Assembly: GCA_963794995.1 (NCBI GenBank) | Contig: CAWCFV010000002.1 | Location: forward strand, 747,849 to 811,848 | Reading direction: 5' to 3' | Length of the DNA: 64,000 nucleotides | From: an uncultured Actinomycetota bacterium | GTDB lineage: Bacteria > Actinomycetota > Actinomycetes > JACCUZ01 | In this document: positions 57,493 through 64,000 of the stretch, in pieces | Position numbering within the stretch: position 1 is the stretch's first letter | Layout of the letters: every line of letters starts with the position of its first letter | The notes under the pieces: model-generated | The model's database searches: none | Seen by the model: only the letters and a program-made list of their open reading frames with translations | Told to the model about the DNA's origin: nothing | Translations under genes and position numbers: made by a program

Positions 57493-58413
57493 TCAGCCGG
57501 GCTCCGGCCCCTGCGCGGGCTCGACCTCGGCGAAGGTCAGCACCGGCACCAGCGCCAGCACCGCCGCCATGGTCGCCGCGGCCGTGCCCGCGATCACGGC
57601 CAGCCCGGCCAGGTAGGCCAGGACGTCGGACGTCGTGCCGCCCGGTCGCAGCCCGACCAGGGCGGCCAGCCCGGCCAGCAGCGTCCCGGCGACCAGCAGC
57701 GCGGCTCCGGAGATCGCCAGCCGCCGTCCGGCCCGAGCCTCACGGCCGGACCACCGTTGCAGCGCACTGGTCCGGTCCTCGACGAGCAGCACCGCGGCTG
57801 CGACCAGCGCCACCCAACCGCCCACCACGAGCACGGACACCACCGAGTCGCTCGGCCGGTGCCACCCCGCCGACATGGTGGCCGCCGCCGTGAGCCAGGC
57901 GTAGCCGACGCCGGCCACCGCCACGGCGGGGCGGACCCGCGCCGGCAGCACGACGACCAGCGCGGCGACGACCGAGAACGCCACGGTGGTGTGACCGCTC
58001 GGCATGCTGTTCAGGGTGGCCGGGGTGCGCTCGGCCAGGCCCAGGTCCGGGCGGTCCAGGACGACCCGCTTGAGCAGCTGGCCGGTGAGGTTGGCGCCGC
58101 CGAGCAGGGCGAGCGCCGCCAGCCCGACCCCCCGGCGCAGCCGCAGCAGCGCGATGACGGCCACCACCGCCGCGGCCGCCAGCAGGGCGGCCACCGACAC
58201 CACGTCCAGCGACTGCTCGACGGCGTCGTCCAGTCGCGACCTGCTCGCGAGGGCACCCCGCAGCGCGTGCCCGTCGAGGACCCGGCCGGGAACCGTCCAG
58301 ACGGCCAGCCGGTAGACGGCGAAGGCCACCAGGGCGCAGGCCAGCCCGAGGCCGGTCACCGCGAGGAGGGCAGCGGTACGGTCGCGCCGCACCCCCACGA
58401 GTCGACCGAGCAC
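57493..58413 (-). CDS. PAP2-family membrane phosphatase
   Basis: Multi-TM protein with PSGH (MPSGHTTVAF) and SAGWHRPSD motifs. Confidence 0.7.
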   Translation of the reverse strand: MLGRLVGVRRDRTAALLAVTGLGLACALVAFAVYRLAVWTVPGRVLDGHALRGALASRSRLDDAVEQSLDVVSVAALLAAAAVVAVIALLRLRRGVGLAALALLGGANLTGQLLKRVVLDRPDLGLAERTPATLNSMPSGHTTVAFSVVAALVVVLPARVRPAVAVAGVGYAWLTAAATMSAGWHRPSDSVVSVLVVGGWVALVAAAVLLVEDRTSALQRWSGREARAGRRLAISGAALLVAGTLLAGLAALVGLRPGGTTSDVLAYLAGLAVIAGTAAATMAAVLALVPVLTFAEVEPAQGPEPG

Positions 58414-58441
58414 CCGACGACCGTACGACGTCTCGGGGCCG

Positions 58442-59494
58442 TCAGCGCGCCAGCGCGCGGCTGGTCGCCACCCAGCTCGCGAGAGCCCGCTGCGCGGCCC
58501 CGCTGTCGACCGACTCCGCCGCCCGGGCCAGCCCGTCCCGCAGCCGGCCGGTCAGCTCGCCGGTGGCCGGTTCGAGCGCGACGAGCGCCGCGGCGGCGTT
58601 GAGCAGGACGGCGTCGCGCACCGGTCCGGTCTCACCCGCGAGGAACCGGCGGGCCGCCTCCGCGTTGTACGCCGGGTCGCCGCCGCCCAGGGAACCGACC
58701 TCGGCACGCGGCAGACCGACGTCCTCGGGGGCCACCTGCGCGGCGCTGACAGCTCCGTCGCGCACGACCCAGACCTGCGAGGTCGTCGTCGGTGTGAGCT
58801 CGTCGAGCCCGTCGTCGCCACGGAAGACGAGCGCCGACACACCGCGGTCGGCGAGCACCTGGGCGACGACTCCGGCCAGGCGGGCGTCGGCACAGCCGAC
58901 GGCCTGGGCCGGCGGCTGGGCGGGGTTGGCGAGCGGGCCGAGGACGTTGAAGATCGTGGGGACCCCGAGCTCGCGCCGCGGCAGCGCGGCGTGCCGCAGG
59001 GCCGGGTGGAAGCGGGGGGCGAAGCAGAAGGTCACGCCGGCCTCGTCGAGGCAGGCGACGGCCTGCTCCGGGTCGAGGTCGACGACCACACCGAGCTCCT
59101 CGAGCAGGTCGGCCGACCCGCACGCCGAGCTGGCCGACCGGTTCCCGTGCTTGACGACCCGCGCGCCGGTGCCCGCGACGACCATCGCCGACATCGTGGA
59201 GATGTTCACGGTGTTGGCCCGGTCGCCCCCGGTGCCGCAGGTGTCGACCGCCGCCCCCTCGAGGGGGAACGGGGAGGCGAGGCCGAGCATCGCGCGAACC
59301 AGCCCGGTGACCTCGTCGGGCGACTCGCCCTTGGCGCGCAGTGCGACGACGAAGCCGGCGACCTGGACAGGGGTCGCCTCGCCGCGCATCACCTGCTCCA
59401 TGGCCCACGCTGTGTCCGTGGTGGTGAGGTCGGTGCCCGCCAGCAGGGCGCCGAGCAGACCAGGCCAGGTCGGGGCCGGCTGCCCGTCGGTCAT
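58442..59494 (-). CDS. trpD: Anthranilate phosphoribosyltransferase
   Basis: ...[19 protein letters not shown]...[23 protein letters not shown]... Confidence 0.9.
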   Translation of the reverse strand: MTDGQPAPTWPGLLGALLAGTDLTTTDTAWAMEQVMRGEATPVQVAGFVVALRAKGESPDEVTGLVRAMLGLASPFPLEGAAVDTCGTGGDRANTVNISTMSAMVVAGTGARVVKHGNRSASSACGSADLLEELGVVVDLDPEQAVACLDEAGVTFCFAPRFHPALRHAALPRRELGVPTIFNVLGPLANPAQPPAQAVGCADARLAGVVAQVLADRGVSALVFRGDDGLDELTPTTTSQVWVVRDGAVSAAQVAPEDVGLPRAEVGSLGGGDPAYNAEAARRFLAGETGPVRDAVLLNAAAALVALEPATGELTGRLRDGLARAAESVDSGAAQRALASWVATSRALAR

Positions 59495-59502
59495 CCCGGC
59501 GG

Positions 59503-59885
59503 CTACGACGTCAGCCCGGCGTCGCGGCCGCGCATCAGCTCGGCCACGGCGCGCGCGAGGACGATCGGGTCGAGCGGGTGGGGCACGGCGGCCTCCGCCC
59601 GTGACCAGTTCGCCAGCCAGCTGTCCTGGACCCGGCCGGTGAGCACCACGATCGGCGGGCACTGGAAGATCTCGTCCTTCGCCTGCCGGGCGATGCCCAT
59701 CCCCCCGGTGGGGGTGGCCTCGCCGTCGAGGATCGCGACCCCGATCCCGCCCTTGTCCAGAGCGGCGATCACCGCAGGTCCGGTGGCGCACTCGAGCCAC
59801 TCGACGTTCGGCACGTCCGCGGCAGGCCGCCGGCCCACGGCCAGCTTGACCTTCTCCCGGGTGTCGACGTCGTCGCTGTAGAGCA
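59503..59885 (-). CDS. Stand-alone receiver-domain (CheY-like) protein
   Basis: [16 protein letters not shown]...[24 protein letters not shown]...PIVVLTGR. No output domain. Confidence 0.5.
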
Positions 59886-60001
59886 GCACGGTCATCGTCG
59901 CGTCCGCGGCCGGTCGGTCCACCACGACGTCGGCAGGCGGAAGAGCCCTGGTCTCGGTCGGGATCGACTGGATGTGCGGCGCGTCGGTCACGCGGGCGAT
60001 G

Positions 60002-60958
60002 CTACCGACCCGCGGCCGGTGGACGGCCGGACGGTACCGGGCCCGGTCGGGCAGCCGCCTCCGCCTCGAGCCGGTCCAGCCGACGGTCCTCGCGGACAGC
60101 CTCACGCTCGGAGGCCCGCGACCACTGGACGAACAGCGCGCCGAGCACCACGAGGGCGACCAGGTCGCCGCTGGCCCAGAGCAGCCCCCCGCCGATCTGC
60201 TGGTCCTCGAGCGGAGTGGGACCCCAGTGCCGGTCCAGCGCCAGGTACCAGTCCCCCGCGATCAGGGTCGTCTGGCTCATGATCGCCAGCCCGAGGAAGG
60301 CATGGAACGGCATCGTCGCGAAGACCGCGAGCAGCCGCAGCGGGTAGGCGATCCGGCCCGGCATCGGGTCCAGCCCCAGCACCGAGAAGAACCAGAGCGA
60401 CCCGATCAGCACGAAGTGCACGTGGTTGAGGTCGTGCAGCCACGGGTGGCGCAGCGTCTGCTCGTAGAGCCCGGTCATGTACAGCGCGAAGGGGTTGGCG
60501 ACGAACAGGGCGCCGGCCACCACGGGAAAGGTCACGACGCGGGCGAGCCGGGTGTGCAGGACCGCGAGCACCGCGCGCCGACCGCCGCCCGGCAGCGTGC
60601 GCAGGGCCAGCGTGACGGGCGCGCCCAGGGCCAGGAAGACCGGAGTGAGCATCGCCAGCACCATGTGCTGGACCATGTGGACCCAGAACAGGGTGGTGTC
60701 GTAGACCGCCAGGAACGACGAGGTCACGAACACGACGGAGCCGAGGCCGAGGCCGACGAAGAACAGCGTCCGGGTCACCGGCCAGTGGTCGCCGCGCCGC
60801 CGCAGCCGCGACACGCCGTAGAGGTACAGCCCGCCCGCGAGCAGCACCCCCAGCAGGGGGAGCCAGGCCACCTCCCAGGCGGTCAGGAGGCGTCCCGGCG
60901 ACAGCGGCGGGAGCACCTCACCGGCCCCGCCATGGAGGGGGAGGACGAGCGCGACCAC
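60002..60958 (-). CDS. Cytochrome c oxidase assembly (caa3 CtaG-like) membrane protein
   Basis: ~7 TM protein (WVHMVQHMVLAMLTPVFLALGAPVTLALR...). Divergent from ctaE, as in other actinobacteria. Start codon uncertain. Confidence 0.55.
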   Translation of the reverse strand: MVALVLPLHGGAGEVLPPLSPGRLLTAWEVAWLPLLGVLLAGGLYLYGVSRLRRRGDHWPVTRTLFFVGLGLGSVVFVTSSFLAVYDTTLFWVHMVQHMVLAMLTPVFLALGAPVTLALRTLPGGGRRAVLAVLHTRLARVVTFPVVAGALFVANPFALYMTGLYEQTLRHPWLHDLNHVHFVLIGSLWFFSVLGLDPMPGRIAYPLRLLAVFATMPFHAFLGLAIMSQTTLIAGDWYLALDRHWGPTPLEDQQIGGGLLWASGDLVALVVLGALFVQWSRASEREAVREDRRLDRLEAEAAARPGPVPSGRPPAAGR

Positions 60959-61037
60959 GCCGTGAGCGTACGGCGGCGCGACCAGTTGCGAGTCTGTCGG
61001 GGGGTCGGGGGTGCCGAGCGGGCCGCCGACCGCAATA

Positions 61038-61661
61038 ATGCGGTCCGTGGCGACAGCAGCGGCTCCTGGAGCGTCGACAAGACCGAGTCACGTCCCCGCC
61101 TCGCGGGCGGACACGACCTCGGTGGGCACGATCGTGTGGCTCTCCTCCGAGCTCATGTTCTTCGCGGCGCTGTTCGCGATGTACTTCACGATCCGCTCGG
61201 TGAGCCCCGAGCTGTGGGCCAGCGAGCCGGAACTGCTCAACATCCCGTTCTCGACGCTCAACACCACGGTCCTGGTGCTCTCGTCGGTCACCTGTCAGCT
61301 CGGGGTCTTCGCGGCCGAGAAGGGCGACGTGGTCCGGCTCCGGTCGTGGTTCGTCCTGACCTTCCTCATGGGCGCGTTCTTCATCGGCGGCCAGGTCTAC
61401 GAGTACGCCACGCTGGTCGGCACCGACGGCCTGACCCTGTCGTCGAACGCCTACGGCTCGGTCTTCTACCTCACCACCGGGTTCCACGGCCTGCACGTCA
61501 CCGGCGGCCTGCTCGCCTTCCTGCTCGTCCTCGGGCGCACGTACTCGGCCAAGCGGTTCACCCACGGCCACGCCACCAGCGCGATCGTGGTGTCGTACTA
61601 CTGGCACTTCGTCGACGTGGTCTGGATCGGCCTGTTCGCGACCATCTACCTGATCAAGTGA
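61038..61661 (+). CDS. ctaE: Cytochrome c oxidase subunit III
   Basis: [25 protein letters not shown]...[18 protein letters not shown]...[14 protein letters not shown]. Confidence 0.9.
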   Translation: MRSVATAAAPGASTRPSHVPASRADTTSVGTIVWLSSELMFFAALFAMYFTIRSVSPELWASEPELLNIPFSTLNTTVLVLSSVTCQLGVFAAEKGDVVRLRSWFVLTFLMGAFFIGGQVYEYATLVGTDGLTLSSNAYGSVFYLTTGFHGLHVTGGLLAFLLVLGRTYSAKRFTHGHATSAIVVSYYWHFVDVVWIGLFATIYLIK

Positions 61662-62497
61662 GCGAGAACGTGACCCGACCCACCACGGCGCCGGTGCTGC
61701 GCCGCACCCTCTCCGGTCTCTCGCGCCGTCGCCGCCACCGGCTGGCGCCGGCCCTGCTGCTGCTGGCTGCCCTGGCCGCAACCGGCGGGGCCTACTCGGT
61801 GCTCGCGCCGACCGGCGACGCGCAGGCCGCCCCGGGGATCTCGGCCCAGACGCTGGAGGAGGGCCGAAGCCTGTTCCTCAAGAACTGCGCCACCTGCCAC
61901 GGCCTCAACGCCGAGGGCAGCTCCGACGGGCCCAGCCTGGTCGGCGTCGGCGCGGCGTCGGTCGACTTCCAGGTGGGCACCGGCCGGATGCCGGCGGCCC
62001 AGCTGGGAGCCCAGATCGCGGCCAAGCGGGTGAAGTTCACCGAGGACGAGATCTCGGCGATGGCCGCCTACGTCGCGTCGCTCGGCCCCGGCCCCGCCAT
62101 CCCGGCCGAGTCCGAGCTCGACACCTCCGACGCCGACGTGGCCCGGGGCGGGCAGATCTACCTGCGCAACTGCGCCATGTGCCACAACTACGCCGGCTCC
62201 GGCGGCGCACTGACCCAGGGCAAGTACGCCCCGTCGCTCAAGGGGACCACCGCCAAGCACATCTACGAGGCGATGCTCACCGGCCCCCAGTCCATGCCGG
62301 TCTTCGGGGAAGCCACGATCACCCCCCAGGACAAGCGCGACATCATCGCGTTCCTGCAGACGACCCGCTCGGAGGCGTCGCCCGGCGGAGCCCGGCTGGG
62401 CAAGGTCGGCCCGGTCAGCGAGGGCGCCGTGTCCTGGATCGTCGGCATCGGCGCCCTGATCGCCTGTGCCGTCTGGCTCGGCGCGAAGGCCCGGTGA
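61658..62497 (+). CDS. qcrC: Cytochrome bc1 complex di-haem cytochrome c subunit
   Basis: Two CxxCH motifs (CATCHG, CAMCHN). C-terminal TM. The GTG start overlaps the ctaE stop (GTGA). Confidence 0.9.
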   Translation: MSENVTRPTTAPVLRRTLSGLSRRRRHRLAPALLLLAALAATGGAYSVLAPTGDAQAAPGISAQTLEEGRSLFLKNCATCHGLNAEGSSDGPSLVGVGAASVDFQVGTGRMPAAQLGAQIAAKRVKFTEDEISAMAAYVASLGPGPAIPAESELDTSDADVARGGQIYLRNCAMCHNYAGSGGALTQGKYAPSLKGTTAKHIYEAMLTGPQSMPVFGEATITPQDKRDIIAFLQTTRSEASPGGARLGKVGPVSEGAVSWIVGIGALIACAVWLGAKAR

Positions 62498-62504
62498 GGC
62501 GGCC

Positions 62505-63665
62505 ATGAGTGACCAGCGGCACACCGGACCGGGCGCGGCGCCGGGTCCGGCGAGCATCCAGGGCGGGGCAACGGGAGGAAGTAGCGACGTGCAGGACTCG
62601 CAGGTGGCCACCGGCGCGTCCCACGACGAGCTCATGGGGCCGGAGGGCACCAGCCGGCCGGGGGCGGGCTCCGAGATCGAGCGCGGCGACCGCTACGACA
62701 ACCCCGGCCTGCCCGCGCACATCTACCGCCGGTCCGACATCGACCCCAAGGCCGCCATCCGCCGGGAGCGCGAGGTCGCCGCCTTCTTCGGCCTGTCGAC
62801 GCTCGGGACGCTGCTGTTCATCGTCGCCTACTTCGCCGTGAAGCCCTCCGAGGCGACCGGCGAGGAGATGCTCGAGCAGGTCGGTCTGTCGACCCGGCTG
62901 CTCGGCATCGGCCTGGGTGTCGCGCTGTTCGCCATCGGTGCCGGCGCGATCCACTGGGCCAAGACGCTGATGCCCGACGACGAGATCGTCTCCGAGCGCA
63001 AGCCGATGCGCTCCAGCGACACCGACCGGGCCGCCGCCGTCGCCGCGATGAAGGAGGGCGCCGCCGGCGCCGGCCTGGGTCGCCGCAAGCTGATCCGCAA
63101 CAGCCTGCTCGGCGCCCTGGCGCCCCTCGGCCTGCTGGCGATCATCCCGCTGCGCGACCTCGGCCCGCTCCCGGGCGCTGCCCTCACGGCGACCCTCTGG
63201 AAGCCCGGCAAGCGCCTGGTCAGCGACCCGCAGTACCGGCCCATCAAGGCCGCCGACATCCCCATCGGGTCGGTCGTGCACGTGCTGCCCGAGGGCATCG
63301 AGAACCACGAGCACAAGCTCGAGGAGGCCGCGAAGGCCACGGCGATCGTGATCCGGCTGGAGCCGGACGAGATCAAGGACGCCAAGGAACGACGGTGGGC
63401 GGTCGACGGGATCGTCGCCTACTCCAAGATCTGCACGCACGTCGGCTGTCCGGTCGGCCTCTACGAGCAGCAGACGCACCACCTGCTCTGCCCGTGCCAC
63501 CAGTCGACGTTCGACGTGACACGGGACTGCGCAGTGATCTTCGGCCCGGCGGCCCGTCCCCTGCCCCAGCTGCCGCTGGCCGTCGACAGCGAGGGCTACC
63601 TCGTGGCCCGTGAGGACTTCCGCGAGCCGGTAGGCCCCAGCTTCTGGGAACGAGGGGAGCGCTAG
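62505..63665 (+). CDS. qcrA: Cytochrome bc1 complex Rieske iron-sulfur subunit
   Basis: Rieske boxes CTHVGCP and CPCHQS. N-terminal TM helices. Confidence 0.9.
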   Translation: MSDQRHTGPGAAPGPASIQGGATGGSSDVQDSQVATGASHDELMGPEGTSRPGAGSEIERGDRYDNPGLPAHIYRRSDIDPKAAIRREREVAAFFGLSTLGTLLFIVAYFAVKPSEATGEEMLEQVGLSTRLLGIGLGVALFAIGAGAIHWAKTLMPDDEIVSERKPMRSSDTDRAAAVAAMKEGAAGAGLGRRKLIRNSLLGALAPLGLLAIIPLRDLGPLPGAALTATLWKPGKRLVSDPQYRPIKAADIPIGSVVHVLPEGIENHEHKLEEAAKATAIVIRLEPDEIKDAKERRWAVDGIVAYSKICTHVGCPVGLYEQQTHHLLCPCHQSTFDVTRDCAVIFGPAARPLPQLPLAVDSEGYLVAREDFREPVGPSFWERGER

Positions 63666-64000
63666 ATGGCACTCGAGCGGATCGCGGGCACGACTGCGAA
63701 CGAGATCGACGAGCGGTTCGGCACGGCGAACTTCGTCAAGCGCAGCGCGCGCAAGGTCTTCCCGGACCACTGGTCGTTCATGCTGGGCGAGATCGCGCTC
63801 TACAGCTTCATCATCCTGCTGCTCACCGGGACCTTCCTCACCCTGTGGTTCAAGCCCAGCCACGCACCGGTCATCTACGAGGGCGCCTACGTCCCGCTGC
63901 ACGGCCTGGAGATGTCCGAGGCCTACGAGTCGACCCTGCGCATCTCCTTCGACGTGCGTGGTGGCCTGATCATCCGGCAGATCCACCACTGGGCCGCGCT
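63666..64000 (+). CDS. qcrB: Cytochrome bc1 complex cytochrome b subunit (5' part; continues beyond window)
   Basis: [26 protein letters not shown]...[24 protein letters not shown]...[11 protein letters not shown]. Confidence 0.9.
   Translation, partial: MALERIAGTTANEIDERFGTANFVKRSARKVFPDHWSFMLGEIALYSFIILLLTGTFLTLWFKPSHAPVIYEGAYVPLHGLEMSEAYESTLRISFDVRGGLIIRQIHHWAA

Overview
This is a high-GC (~70%) actinobacterial chromosomal window, Nocardioides/Propionibacteriales-like in composition. The ends are a conserved core-genome backbone that, from memory, matches the mycobacterial Rv2176–Rv2196 neighbourhood: PASTA Ser/Thr kinase, class II DAHP synthase, PlsC acyltransferase, SRPBCC proteins, FadD-like acyl-CoA ligase, GT87/GT4 mannosyltransferase-like genes, RipA/RipC-like NlpC/P60 hydrolase, DnaQ–GIY-YIG nuclease, trpD, ctaE and qcrCAB. 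Several accessory modules sit inside this backbone.

The most notable accessory module is a complete Tad/Flp (type IVc) pilus locus (cpaB, tadZ/cpaE, cpaF/tadA, a VWA–TadB fusion, tadC). A dedicated NarL-type two-component system follows it. Then come two tandem Flp pilin genes, packed 2 bp apart with two paralogous GT-C (GT87/DUF2029-like) membrane glycosyltransferases, and a convergent GT4 gene. The TadE/TadG pseudopilin genes are displaced ~7 kb upstream, in an apparent operon with a ROK glucokinase. No prepilin peptidase is present in the window.

Other modules: a secreted DUF4331 protein plus TPR protein plus RcnA/NicO-like His-rich permease cluster (a putative metal system); a Zn-ribbon→NYN→CxxC→RipA-like operon; a translationally coupled pair of membrane metalloproteases; two DAHP synthases of different classes within 4 kb; a second NarL-type two-component system; glpK/DUF1028; and a DUF559/AbiEi-like protein.

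No rRNA, tRNA, CRISPR array or transposase genes were detected. Many long ORFs in the six-frame track are antisense or off-frame GC artifacts and were rejected. All functional calls rest on reading the translations for motifs. Exact start codons are approximate (chosen from RBS-like GGAGG/AAGG strings and gene packing).
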